Shown in pieces: positions 27,732 through 40,663 of a stretch of 64,000 nt of DNA; position 1 is the stretch's first letter; each line of letters starts with the position of its first letter. Position numbers and translations under genes: made by a program. Under the pieces are notes generated by a model. It did no database searches. It had not been told where the DNA came from and worked only from the letters and a program-made list of their open reading frames with translations. The DNA lies in the NCBI GenBank assembly GCA_002189035.1, contig NEEC01000002.1, forward strand, positions 4,216,001 to 4,280,000. The letters run 5' to 3'. The DNA is from Utricularia gibba. Taxonomy: Eukaryota > Plantae > Magnoliophyta.

Positions 27732-29414
27732 TCTGAAATTAGTCAAACCTAAACGCGCAGACAAGACAAAACCGCAGCCGCAGGCACCCCACCTGCCAGT
27801 AACTACACCGAGTGGAAATAAGAAAGAAACCTCAATAGCGCGTGACAAGTATGGCTGCGGATCGGCCGGCCGGTACCACCGTCCATAACGGTGGGTAGGT
27901 AAGCCCTCCATCCGACGGTTCAGGGTGGGTGTGAAAGTTGGGCCGGGCCGAACCGGCCCAACGGTATTTCAGAAAGTCTTACCAAATTTTGGACTAGGGT
28001 GAGTTAAAACCTAATTACATGAAAATATGATTAACATGATTCTAGTCCAATTATTTATTATGTCGGGCTGACCTTATTCAACCCATGAGCTACCATATAA
28101 CGAATAAAAAATTTTAAAAACTTATTAAATATTAATATACATTTTAATATTATTTAAATAATTTATAGAAAAAAATTAAAATAATTAATTAATTAATTAA
28201 TTCATATTATCTATTTTAAAAATAAAATAATGTATATAAAATGAATTTAAATCATTCAAAATTAAAAATAATTATAATTATTATATATAAAAACCAGATT
28301 TTTAAATTGGGTTTAAACCCATCCAACTTTAAGGCCCGAAGCACAATCAGCTTTAATAATTGGGCTTGGAGCCAAAAAGCTCAATAATCATTCGGATCAT
28401 CAATGTATAGGCTTAAGTCTAATGTTTTTAGGGTTGGGTCGAACCAACCCACAAGCTTAGGTTTTAGCTTTCATCTCTATTCGCCACCTTCTACTTTTAT
28501 CTCTCAATTTTTTTCAAAACCACAATCAGCTTTTAAAAATTTGAAAATTGTTTTTTCAAATAATTTTGAAAATTTGGTTTTCAATACATGAAATATGGAA
28601 ACCATGCACTAGCATCCAACCATCATGTTCAGTTATGCATCTAACGTTCTGCGAGAATAGAACCAACCATAATTTCTCCATTTGTGCCCCAATTATCGGT
28701 CCAAGAATTCAAGGCCCGATTTTTATCGTCCCAAAATATATGCACAGAAGCTACATTTTGTGTTTCGGTAAAACCAGCTATAAATACAACTTTCACCTTT
28801 TTTTATTAGGGTTTAAGTGAAATACTTACACCTTTTCTATTTTTCTTTTTTCAAACATAACTGAAAATGCCCATGCTAAAGTTGATTATCAATGTTTGTG
28901 TCAATAGGTGGGTTGAAAATGAATAAGAATACACAAAATTAAAAACCACAAATTTAGTAATCATGATTTTTGATTACTCAATTAATCAACTATCTTCTAA
29001 ATTCAAATGATTTTTTATGATAAAAAAGACTCTCTTTGATATAGTAGGAACAATTGAATAAAATACAATGAATTTCTTAAAATAAGGAAATGATTGAGAT
29101 CTAACCACATTCATAATATTACATAAGACATCCTATTTTATAAGTATTTTCAATCCTTTATCTTTTACTTTTTTTTAGATTTTCATCGAAGGATTGCATA
29201 TTATTTGGATCCATATTATTATTAGCAGAAGTTTTAGTCATCTCACATCTGTTTTCCCTAAGTGGGAAGATATTCTCAAAAGATTTGACATTTTTCATTT
29301 CCAAAATAATGTGATGATTAAGGACATCACTTTTTAACACAAAGAAAACTTGAAGCCAACTCGATCCATTTTGAAATAAAAATAATGTTTGTCTTCCTTG
29401 TAGGTACATGCAAC

Positions 29415-30653
29415 TGATAACACATATTTATATTTTTAAGTGTCTAACGATAAGAAAATAATTAATATTTTATTATGAAACTCGAATTTATTGTATATTT
29501 TTGTGTTTTTGTGATTAATGACATTGTTTGCATCTTTTATTCTTAATTGATACTAAATCTAAATTTAGTCCCAATATTAGTTCTAATTGTTTTCTTAAGC
29601 AATGCTGCATATGTTAGTAATACAAATTCCAATGAGCCAAAAAGTATAAGATGGAGGTAACATGAAAAAGACGCAAAAGAAAAGAAAGAGACACTAAATC
29701 ACAAGAAGATCAAAAAGAGATTTTGATAATAATGAGGAGTGAGAAAATATCTATCACATTTTTTGAACAATATGCCACAATTTGGAGAGGGAAAGAAGTA
29801 GGAAATCGTAGCAGAACCACGAAGGACGAAGAAAATGGAACCAAAATTCAAGCCTACCTCTAAACTTTCCTTAACTTATTAGAAACATTATTCCTAATCA
29901 AAAGTAGTTTTAGTTTTCTATGCGAACTATTTATGATTTCTATTTATGTTTATGTTTATTTCCTTGTTGTTGCATTGCGACTTGAACATATCTTGGTTTT
30001 TATGATATGAACTTGTTTCATTTTACTTCAGAATAAGTGACTAAATACATGTAATGTCTTGAGGAAGAATGATTATGTTCATTCCTTATCAAATTAGGGT
30101 TGACCCATGAAGAATACCTTGAGCAATAATTATGTGTGTATAATTATTGCTTATTAGACTACATTAACTTGATATTTAGACCATTTCCTTATCAAATTAG
30201 GGTTGACTTAGGGAGAAGAATGGTTATGTTCATCATAAGCAACTTGACTAGAGATAGACCAAAAGTAGGAAAATCAAAGGTTTGGGTAGACTTGAATCCT
30301 TGTATTGTTAGATGAATGATTATCAAGTTAGGTGATTAAGTGTAGCAATTATCATGTCACTCTCGGAAGCTTCAAGTCATTTCATTAACTTATCATAGTT
30401 AGTAGTTGAATTTTCCTATTATTTTTTTACTGTCTTTTATCGGAGACTTGCATTAGTTTTAGTTTAAACTAAATCTTTCAATGTGATAAAATTAACATGT
30501 ATCAACCTTCACACAACAAGTACATAACTCATTGTATTCACCTTGATCTATTATGCTCATATTTTTCGTATGATTGGATATGAATTAGGTTTATAAATTT
30601 ATTTGATAGAAAAATTTGTAATTTTAACGACTTGCATAATTTTTCGTTTATCA
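29415..30653 (+). mobile_element. Solo LTR, 1239 bp, with perfect TSD
   Basis: TGATAA..TTATCA inverted termini. GCAAC duplicated at 29410..29414 and 30654..30658. No internal coding region. Confidence 0.9.
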
Positions 30654-30999
30654 GCAACACATCTTTCAAAATGACATGTTTTTCAAAAGTGAACTTTAGG
30701 GTAATATTCATTTGTTCAAGCATAAGAAGTTTAGATCTATTTCTAAATTTTATCGATTGTTGTGCATTTTTCTCAAATATAATATACTTAGAAAATGATT
30801 ACTTCTTTGCACACACATGATGTGTAGCTCATGAATCTAAGATCCAATCATCATTTGAAGTAATGAAAGATTTTTTCCCTTAAGCTTCAACCATAGTTAC
30901 TTTGGCCTTGGTAGTCTCATCACTATTTTTTGCTGTCTTTTTGTGTTTGCAGTACATTACATGGTGATCTAATTTCCACGTACAAAATATTGTCTATTA

Positions 31000-33900
31000 A
31001 GTATTATTTTCTCACTATCTTTTAGGATGTTTTATATCTAAATATAATTAAAGTTGTTTAGTTAGAAGTTTATAATATAAAATTTAGGTTTTCATCTAGT
31101 TTAGGATAATTTTCCTAAATCTTGTATTTTATCCAATATTTTTTCTAGTTTTGTTTAAGTTTTTCTAGAGGTGCAAACGTGATAGGAAGTGTGAAAAAGA
31201 AGATAGCAAATGGCGACAAAATAGATCTTCCTAAACTGACATCTCCTTGATTTCCGAAAGACTGTAGACAGTTAATCATGAGCCTTGACGTGTGGTAAAT
31301 AGGAGTCTCTGACATATGAAATCATTAGCGTATTGGTGTTAGAGCAGACATTTTCTTGCAAGTCACTCTAGTCTAACAGAATCAAAGGAACACAAAAACT
31401 CAAACTTTCATTGAAGTTTAGTTCAGTTCACACATTTAGAGGGGAATCAAGTTTTAGTTTAGACTTTTGTTTATCTCTCTAGAAAATTTTTCTCTAACTT
31501 CTCTCTAAAATCTACTTTTTTTTCCTTAGCTTGTATGACCCTTCATAGCTAGAAACTTTCGTTTCTAGGTTAGAATACTCCTAGATCTATGTTTCGTTAG
31601 TTGATCTTCATTTCTTCTTTAAATCTGATTGGGTTCCGTATGCTTTTGAAGAGGACCAAGGTGGGAAGTACCAACTCATGTCCTTTTGGTAAGAGGGAGA
31701 AAATGTTTTATCTATGGCTATAACTCAGGATCAATGGATAAATAGTGACTTCGTATCTAGACTCATTAGGTCATTGGCAACCTCGGGCACATGCACATAA
31801 TTCGACTGTGAGAGTATGTTGGCAGGACTCTTACCTTTACGTTTGTCCAAGGAGGAGCAATACCAAGTTATTGTCATGCTTTCTTGCAAGAGAGTATAAG
31901 GGATGGTAGAAAATTCCTTACTCTTATAATTGAGCACTTGAGAATATTAGAGAAGAGTGAAGACACGACGAATGTAGTTGGGCAAGATTTCAAATATGGA
32001 AACACTCTTACTCTTATAATTCATCACTTACATTTATTTCTTTTGTTTGTTTACAACCCTTTTACCCTCTTACTCAAGCTTCATCATTTACGTTTCTCGC
32101 ACTTTTTACTTTACAAAACTGTTTACAAATCGTGATAATTGTATTTGGTGTAATTACTGAAAAATAACTCCCTGTGTTTGACACCCGTACTATGCATTTT
32201 GTGTTTTACAAGTTTTAAAAATATTTAAAAGTTGTTGTGGAATCACACACATCATTGTCCCTTTTCTTCTTAAAGTGTTTCTTAGAGAACTCAAGTGAAT
32301 CAAATTTCTTTAAATTGAATTTTGAATTGTACCTCATTTGACTATTTTCTACCAAATTGCTTTGTGAATAATTCCTTCTAGATTTTTAAATCTTCTTTTG
32401 TTTTGACTCAATGATGATGTGATTGATTAACTGTTCCATACTCAACTTTTAATCTGAGTGTTTTAGATTGTTTTTGTAGGCTTCTTAGTTTTTTGGTAAT
32501 TTTTTTATCAATATATCAGCAATAAAAGGTAGTGGGAGTTACATGTTTTGTGCAATCATGTTATTAAATAGATGGTAAAAATCATTCAGTTGAATAATAA
32601 CATTCCTTTCTTCATCTATTTCCTACTAGTAAAAGTTAGAGAATATAAATATGAATTTGATGGCATCCTCAACAATGTATTTGGAAGTCATGAATTGTCA
32701 GATTAAGATGGTCTCTTTATATGCTATGTAGACATTGAAAAAAGAATTTAATAAGATAAAGATAATTATATGGCAACATATCCAATAAGTCCATTTTCAA
32801 TCTGTGGAGTGGATATGAGGCATCTAGTTTGGAGATTTTCAAGACCAAACAACACCATACATATTCAGGAGTTTGTAGATCCGATCTTATCATCTACAAA
32901 AGTGTTGACTATCGAAATGTTCAATGTTGGAGATATCAGGAAATGTTTTATGATGGGTTGTGTAGCACTCAAATGAAGGGTTGAAATATAGAAGTGATGC
33001 ATGGTATAGAATCTAACAGTGATCTTAAGCAATGTGTAACGACCCACCCTAACCTTATGATATTGTTCGCTTCGGGCTCTCAACATTCATGGTTTTAAAT
33101 TTTCCTCTTCTGAAAAAAAATGCCTCATGCAAGACTAGAAAAGATTCCTCTATATAAACCATCCATCAACCCTATTTGTAATCAATGTGGAATTTGCCTA
33201 AGGTTCTTATGTCCTTCCATATGTTGGGCCCTTCCATATCTCTTGAAAACTTAGTATCCTCATTGAGGTTTGCTCCACTGTTGGTTATAGGCCCGAGTTT
33301 AGTTCTGATGCTGAAGGGAAGGGTGTAAGTACCTTCCCTAATCTTACATGATGCAACTCAATTCTCAAAATTAGGAAACAGATAAGATCTGACTGCATCA
33401 TTAGCTTTATGTAAGACTAGTATGTTGGTTTTGGTCATTCAAGACCAAGTAATTACTTGAATAAACTTACTCCATCAATATATCAATTGAATATTTTAAT
33501 ATGGATTGCTTGTGATATTCTTAAAGATGCTACCAAAGCTTTCGTCAAGATAATCGGCAAGCCGAAATCTATGAGACCATTTTCAAAGTATAGCATCTCT
33601 ATGTGGAAGAATTGGCTGTTATCCCAGGTCTTGCAACATGTTCGATGAAATTTCTTTTCTTTTATCATTCAGCTCGACAATTTGATGCCCTACCTATAAG
33701 AGAAGTAAGGAAGTTCACAAGTGGCAATGAAAAAATTGTATTCAATTATGAAAAGTTTCAAAGAACAATGATTACAACCAAGCAAATAAAGTAGTTGTAG
33801 ATCCACAAATCACGAGGGATTTTGTATACCACCCTTGACTTTGAGTTTGAATAAACAGGATGATATCTCCTTCAAGTCTTCAAAGTATACAATAGACATG
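31000..33900. mobile_element. Degenerate LTR-retrotransposon debris (LTR-like segment about 31000..32210 plus broken coding fragments)
   Basis: LTR-type end motif CTCCCTGTGTTTGACACC..TTTTACA near 32170..32210, a PBS-like TGGTGTTAGAGC near 31334 and stop-ridden coding-like sequence. No TSD found. Confidence 0.4.
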
Positions 33901-34148
33901 TGTATTAACTAGTCCTTAGTGTAAGTAGAATAGTCCCATTTTTATTTCTTCCTTCAAACTTATTTCTCCATTGATTATTCTCTTCAACACTCCGATGGAC
34001 TGGTCCCAGAGGCACTGATCGTGTGACGCAGTACCTTTTCTATCCTGTTCTTTTGATGCTGAACTTGTCAATATTTATCTCGCAAGTGAGAAGTGAAGAC
34101 CAATTACATTAGGCTGTTTATTTAACCAAAATAGTCAGCTTTTACTTC

Positions 34149-36211
34149 CTACTTGTTCAGAAATGCTTCCGTACGAATTTCCGAAGCCTCCTGATGGTGC
34201 CAGGAGACTACATCCTGGTACTGCAGATTCCCCCCAAAAATATCCAAGGCACTGCCAACAGTGACGTCTATCCTTCCCAGTCCAGCAGCTTTTATGGTGT
34301 GCAGATCAGCCATAGTGGTGACTCCCCGGCATACGTGACAGGAATCTGGCATCCGCAACACATTAGTCAGTCAATGCGATCCCATTCCATGTGTATACTG
34401 GAAAAGCTTGGGGTTGGAAGAGACATGAACATGCTGGTACTAACATCTCCATAGAGATCAAACAAGCACTGGCTGTGTGATGCTTACTGTAAATTCATTT
34501 CAGTTTGAAAGAAGCAACACACAATGCAAAGCTGCAACAGAAATCACATAGTTTTACACCAATTTAACATTATCCTTACCGGAGAGAATCTGCCAAGCAA
34601 AGCAACGAGCTCCTCATCAATTCCTAGCCTTTGAGTACCAAGTTTGATGGACGAAATCAGCGACCAACATTAGGAACAAAAAATCTACAATCCTGCAATA
34701 GGCCTTTTCTGGAATTAAAAACTTACTGTTTTCCTTCAACATCAACCCCATGGACTAGAAACTCATCTGCATAGTCGGCTAGGGAATCCAACACTTGCTG
34801 ATCAAGAAAAACATCAGTGAACTTCTGCCATCTATCTGTGACAATAGCATACCTACCCCCTGCATAAGACTCGGCTCAGGCTCCTAGTCATAAAAATCTA
34901 GATCGATCATGTGTTTGGAAAGAAAATAACCTTTTTTCGGCAACTAAGATCCAATACAAGTTTCTGTTTTCCCACAACACATGCCAGTTCTTTCAACCTT
35001 TCAAAATCAACTTGCCCACCACTGAATACATACTGCAGCTTGAATCGTGAGAATCCAAGGAGGTGCAAGATGCATGTAGAAAATCTTTGAAATATAATGG
35101 TAACTCAATTGCTAAGAACACATGTCATATTTACATCTATCTCATGTTAGGTGACACTTTCAATCTTCAATGAATTTCCATTCTCTAGTTTTTTTTATAT
35201 ATATTCTTTGACGCAGCAGAGACAACAGAAATTTTTTTGAACGACATACTCCACTTAATAACAACAAAAACTGTTGGCAGTAATGCTTCAGAATCAGAAA
35301 TTGGCTAACCCATGTCACTACGTATTCCCAACATGAACTTAGCAATATATCGAACAAGCTAGCACGGATAGGGTATGCTTGGCGGCTCCATGTAAACAAC
35401 AAAAAATTAATGAATGCTTTTTTTTTTCTCATGGTCGAGCCAAACGTAATTTGCTTACCGATGTAACAATTACATGGCTTGCCCCCTCATCTATGTAACT
35501 CATGGCGTTGTCTGGACAGACACCACCTCCGATTTGCAAGCCACCTGCATGTTTGTGACGGAGGTACCAGCCACGTATCTATCAGATAAATTAAAGAGAA
35601 ACAGCATAAACAGTATACCTGAAAACGCATGTAATGCTTCAACAGCTACAGACTTGCTCAGTGGATCAGCCCCAAGCATGATTACATGGCCACCAACAAG
35701 TCCATCATTCTTATACATTTTAGCATATTCAGCGGCCGTTAGATCGGACTCAAAATTAGTGATAAGATTTGAATCCTCCGTCTTGGAATCTCCAAGAGTG
35801 GATCCAACAATCTGCTTCACTTTACCCTGAAATAAGTAAGTTTCGAACGCATTCTCCTCAACCACAATGTGGCGCGACAGAATTAGGAAATGGAAGGAAT
35901 GCAGACAACGTATTCACTCACGTTAACAACTGGGTAAATAAAAGTCGAACCTTGTGAATATCGATGCAGGGGCGAAACCGAATCCCACACTGAACTGATA
36001 GTCTTCCTGATTATGTGAGACGAAGTATCAAACAACAATGACCATAAATCCATCCATATGAAGGGGAAGAACGAAGAACACGCATACCTGGGACCAGGCG
36101 AGGAAAAGCGTCAACATACTTCACCTTCCGGGGATAATTACAGAGTTGGACCGATTCCCCGGAAAAGTGTTTCCAGAGTGAACTGACCTGGGAGTTGCGA
36201 AGAACGTGCAT
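34149..36211 (-). CDS. HISN3: Plastid ProFAR/BBM II isomerase of histidine biosynthesis (HisA/His6 type), 8 exons; two apparent -1 homopolymer deletions
   Basis: [11 protein letters not shown]|[65 protein letters not shown] and [13 protein letters not shown]. Start ATG at 36211. Confidence 0.93.
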
Positions 36212-36973
36212 TACAGAAGCTTAAAAGAGATTCCGCAAACTCTAAACAATCTCCCTCAACTCAAGCAACAGAAAAGATTTCAGCTTGAAATCAGTGGTAC
36301 AGAATAATCGAAATCAACCGGCCCATCGGAGCAGGGAGGAGAGACCAGGGTAACAAAAATTGGGGCTTTTAAGTTTTATTTAGGGATTAAATAATTTAGT
36401 TTATTCGATAATAAATATAGATTTAATTTTCATAAAACATCAAAAAATGAATATAAATAATAATAAGAAAAAATTTAATAAAAAGGACTATATTTTTTTT
36501 GCAATATAAGATTAACTAAATATTTTTTGATGAATAATGACTCATGAATCAATATGATACTTACGCTATTATAACACTAATGAAGTATTAAAAATTAATA
36601 TGTAAATTATACGCTTAAATAATAAAATATGATATAAATTCATAATTCATTTTCACGTTTTGTGATTGATTAAGTTCAAATCCTATACCTTTGTTTACAA
36701 TCTTTAAGTGTTAATGTATTTTAGACGTATTTAATATATATTTATTTCAATATGAATTAAAATAATATTAATTTAATTTATTTATTTTAATAAATATATT
36801 AAATTAATAACTTCTTATGTATCTTATAAATGAATCTAAATTCAAATAAAAATACTATCATTATGAAAATAAAATAATCAATTAACGGGAAAATGGAGCG
36901 TGTCCATCCCCTCCCCACCAACATTTGGTGTGAGTGAAATGTCCCTCACCTTCACCAGCCATGCTGCAGCCTG

Positions 36974-37100
36974 CATGCATGTGAATGGATGTGGAAGCTG
37001 GAAGAGGCCACGCTCACTGCTCCTGCTCCCACTCCATCCACCTGTTTCCTTCCAATCAAACACGTAAACTCTATGCAGCCGCGAGGAAGCCCTATATTAA
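36974..37100 (+). promoter_or_regulatory. Seed-storage-protein promoter: RY element, ABRE-like core and TATA box
   Basis: CATGCATG 36974..36981, ACACGT 37060..37065 and TATATTAA 37093..37100, upstream of ATG 37151. RY (ABI3/FUS3/LEC2) plus ABRE is the established 2S/12S promoter signature. Confidence 0.7.
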
Positions 37101-37150
37101 CCCCCCTTTCTCCTCCACCATCTTCACTCAGTCATCAGCTACCAGCTTCA

Positions 37151-37630
37151 ATGGCGTCCCACAAGCTTGAAGTTGCAGCCCTTGTCGTGATGGCCATGCT
37201 CGCATTGGCCACTGGAAGCTCCTACACCACCATCGTCACCACCTCCGCTTCCGAGGAGGGCCGGGAGATGGAGCACCAGCAGTGGTGCCGCCAGCAGGTG
37301 CGGGAACAGGGGCGCGCCCGTCTCCAGAACTGCGAGAGGTACCTGTCTCAGCCGCGTCGGGGCGGTGGCCGATTCGGCAGGGGAGATGAACTTGTGGAGA
37401 ATCCATGGGAGGAGCAGGAGCAGAATCTGAGGCAATGCTGCCAGGAGTTGAGAAACTTCGACGAGGAATGCCAGTGTGAAGCAATCAAGCAGGTGGCCCA
37501 ACACGCGCAGCAGCAGGGAAAGGGCATCTTCGGCGCCGGTCAATCGGAGGTGTATGAGAAGGCTAGAGAGCTCCCACGCCGCTGCAACTTGCGCATGGAA
37601 CAATGCAGCTTCCGCCTTGTCTTCGTTTGA
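37151..37630 (+). CDS. 2S albumin seed storage protein precursor (prolamin superfamily), intronless, 159 aa
   Basis: Signal peptide MASHKLEVAALVVMAMLALATG and an 8-Cys skeleton C..C....CC..C.C..C..C. The C-terminus EVYEKARELPRRCNLRMEQCSFRLVFV resembles sesame Ses i 1. The track ORF starts upstream at 36989, but the signal peptide and TATA box support 37151. Confidence 0.93.
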   Translation: MASHKLEVAALVVMAMLALATGSSYTTIVTTSASEEGREMEHQQWCRQQVREQGRARLQNCERYLSQPRRGGGRFGRGDELVENPWEEQEQNLRQCCQELRNFDEECQCEAIKQVAQHAQQQGKGIFGAGQSEVYEKARELPRRCNLRMEQCSFRLVFV

Positions 37631-37919
37631 GAGAGTTCCCAGTGCTGGATTTCAATAAACAAGGGCTGTGTACGTGTGCGTGCATACCCATTCCTGTTGA
37701 GCAGGAGCTGCTTTTGGAATAAGAAATAACGCAAACTTCTGTGTCATGCAAAATCTCCTCCTTCCCTCACTAACAGTTTCCAAGTAACATTAAACTTTAA
37801 AAGGATTTCGGTACATCATTCTTATTCAACATAAGGAAGCAAAAGGCTCGAACTTCTGTACAGGAACATGTTAACCTCAGTCATCATCCATTACTTCCCT
37901 TTCTCATTTTAGAGCACCA

Positions 37920-40091
37920 TTAAGATCTGGTAAAGCGAGAGCGACCTTTCTTCCTCAAAAACTCAGGTATGCCCAAGGGATTGCCGTCTACAGATGAGGA
38001 AGATCGACGGTCCGCGCTGTGATATGCATCTCCTCCGGCAACCTGATTTTTCCGCAGCAGGAACACACAACCAAGTTGAAGATAGGTATGATGGTTGTGG
38101 GGCGTCATGAGAGAGGGACTAAAGGTACCTGCTGTTCTTCTTGACGCTTAAAGCCGGTGGCTATTAACGTTATCCTCACCTGTATGCATGGAAATATACA
38201 TTATCATGTACTGGAAGTCCAGTCAACAAAATTGAGAGAGATCTGAATGAGTTACTTGGCCAGTCAGAGACGGATCCAGCACTGCACCAAAAATCAGGTT
38301 GGCGCTTGGATCAACGAGGTCGTATATGACTTCGGCAGCAGCATTTACCTGTGATGCCATATTCCACGATTATCAAGAAAGATCACTAGGACTTCTTCTG
38401 TAGTTATTCCTGAGAATCTTAGATTGGAAAACAATGAAAAAAAAGCCCTCTTGACTCCATAAGAGAATGGAATAAGACCTCGAACAACGTTAGATCACTG
38501 CCACCAGTTATATTCCACACAATCCCCGTAGCTCTTTCTATGCCAATGTCAAGTAAGGGAGACTGAATGGCATTCAGTGCTGCATCTCTAGCCCTGTTAT
38601 TTCCTGCATTATGACCAACGGCAACATTAGAAAAAAAGACTAATTTATGCAGAAGGGCAATTTCTGTGACTTACAGGAATAGAAATCAATGCAGTATTAC
38701 ACCCCAAGCTAAAGGTACCTGTTCCTGTGCCAATACCCATCAATGAAGATCCAGCATTTGCCATAATGGCCCTCACATCGGCAAAATCTACATTGACTAG
38801 TCCAGGGATCTGTACGTAGCAAAAACAAACTTGAAACTTTCTTCAGAGTAGAAGAGCAACTTTATGTTGGGAAACACTTCACAATGCAAAATGGGAGAAG
38901 GATTTTTCAAACACAATTCGTGAATTTAGAAATGTACCGTGATGATGTCAGAGATACCACAAACACCTTGACGAAGAATGTCATCAGCAAGATTAAAAGC
39001 TTCTGTAACTGGCGTGGATGGTGCAACTGCAGTCAAGAGTTTATCATTTGGAATAACTATTAGAGTATCAACATTCTCCCGCAATGCAGCAATCCCTTCC
39101 TGAGCCTGAACTGCTCTTTTTCGTCCCTCGAAGGAAAACGGAGTTGTGACTATGCCCACAGTTAAAATTCCCATAGACTTGGCAAATCCTGCAATCGTAG
39201 GAGCTGCCCCAGTTCCGGTTCCACCTCCCATGCCAGCCTGCACTTTTTTCTTGGAGATTAAAATGAAATACATAATAGAATTTCACAATACTTATGGACT
39301 CAAGACTATAAAAAAGTTGGCTCCACTTTTCATGTATACTGACTGTTGCCATGTCAGCTACGTGAATTGCTTTCAAACATGGAACAGAACACAACCGACA
39401 AACACGGGAAATATCATTGAAACATTTGATCGTCATAAATAATCCGCTGAAGTAAGAAAGTAACATACAGTTACAAAAACCATGTCAGCTCCATGCATTG
39501 CTTTCTCAATGGATTCCTTGCTTTCTAAGGCAGCATTCTTTCCAATATCCGGGTTTCCGCCAGCACCAAGCCCTCTCGTGAGCTCCTGGCCAATCTGCAA
39601 TCGATGCTCATCAAAAACAGGTGACAACCTCATCGCTTGGACATCAGTGTTAACAATCCAGAACTCAACTCCATTCTTTGAACCTTCAATCATACGATTA
39701 ACAGCATTAGAGCCACCACCTCCTACACCGATAACTTTGATCTTGGCTGCATTATAATTACTCAAATTTGAAGAATCCCTCAATATCTCAGACATATTTC
39801 CACTAGATGTGTCCTCTTTGTGACCCATCATTGAGTTTGGCTCGCTCCTAGGCATGGGTGTCTCCGAGTGCAGACTCACAAGCGAATTCATGCTCTGAAA
39901 CCGGTCTACATTATGTGAGTTCATGGAACATCTGAAACTAGGAAACCTTGAAGCCCATTCTTTACTAGCAGTTGACAACCCAGTACTTTCTTCAGTCATT
40001 TTCAGCGGAAAACCTGGCCCCTAACTGACAGCAGCCCTAATGGCGGACGAGCGCCAGAAGGAGTGATGCAAGGGGATATGCAATGAGCCAT
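37920..40091 (-). CDS. FTSZ2: Plastid division protein FtsZ2, 7 exons; true start probably 40091, with a -1 deletion near 40010
   Basis: [17 protein letters not shown], tubulin signature [25 protein letters not shown] and FtsZ2-specific C-terminal [11 protein letters not shown]. The upstream ATG gives an FtsZ2-type transit peptide if one base is restored. Confidence 0.95.
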
Positions 40092-40519
40092 TATCCAACA
40101 AACGCTTCTACTGTACGACTCAGCCCTTAGCGTTCAAACAACCTCCATCGCTAATTTCCGGTCAGAAAAACCTGCAAAATCACATTTCGCAGCTATACCG
40201 TAAACATGAACAGGAAATTTTTAGAGAAAAAAATTTTAACCCGCAGACGTACGCACGCAGCCGACACAAAGCCTCCCGTTGTTGAGGAAACAATGAAGAT
40301 ACAACCCGAAGAAAAAACAGCAAAGATTAGACAAAGAATGAGGCGAACACATTCAGCGCAGTCCCACAACTGAACCCCACAAGGCGCCCTCCAATTACGG
40401 ACGGTCGGCCTTTCACGACCAACAACACTAGTAATGTGTTTCTTAGGAGGAGGTGTCTCAGACGGGTTATCCGCTTGCTGCGCTTTCCCATGGAAGGTCC
40501 ATTTGATGACGTAGATATA

Positions 40520-40580
40520 AGCCCAATAGTCGGGCCAATAATTTCTGTGTGGCCCAATTACTACATTACTGGGAAGCCCA
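40520..40580. promoter_or_regulatory. Three site II (RGCCCA) motifs upstream of FtsZ2
   Basis: AGCCCA 40520..40525, GGCCCA 40551..40556 and AGCCCA 40575..40580. Confidence 0.5.
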
Positions 40581-40663
40581 ATTAAAGTGGGTTTGATTGA
40601 ATGGATTGAATAAAAATAGGTTAATAGATGTAGAATCATTTTATTTATGCTTGGTTAAAAGAT

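Noticed and set aside
27860-28460. GGCCCG/AACCGG-rich segment resembling a hAT-derived MITE
   Set aside because: I could not define TIRs or an 8-bp TSD by eye.
36989-37150. N-terminal extension of the albumin ORF shown in the track
   Set aside because: It spans the TATA box and ABRE. The signal peptide starts at 37151.
37148-37603. 151-aa minus-strand ORF over the 2S albumin
   Set aside because: Antisense shadow of a GC-rich CDS with no recognisable domain.
38960-38990. FtsZ2 RQGVCGISD instead of RQGVRGISD, suggestive of U-to-C editing
   Set aside because: This is a nuclear gene, so organellar editing does not apply. A single substitution or base error suffices.
23671-40091. carB, HISN3 and FtsZ2 as a plastid or metabolic gene cluster
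   Set aside because: They belong to unrelated pathways. Plastid-targeted genes are common, and ancestral synteny explains the adjacency.
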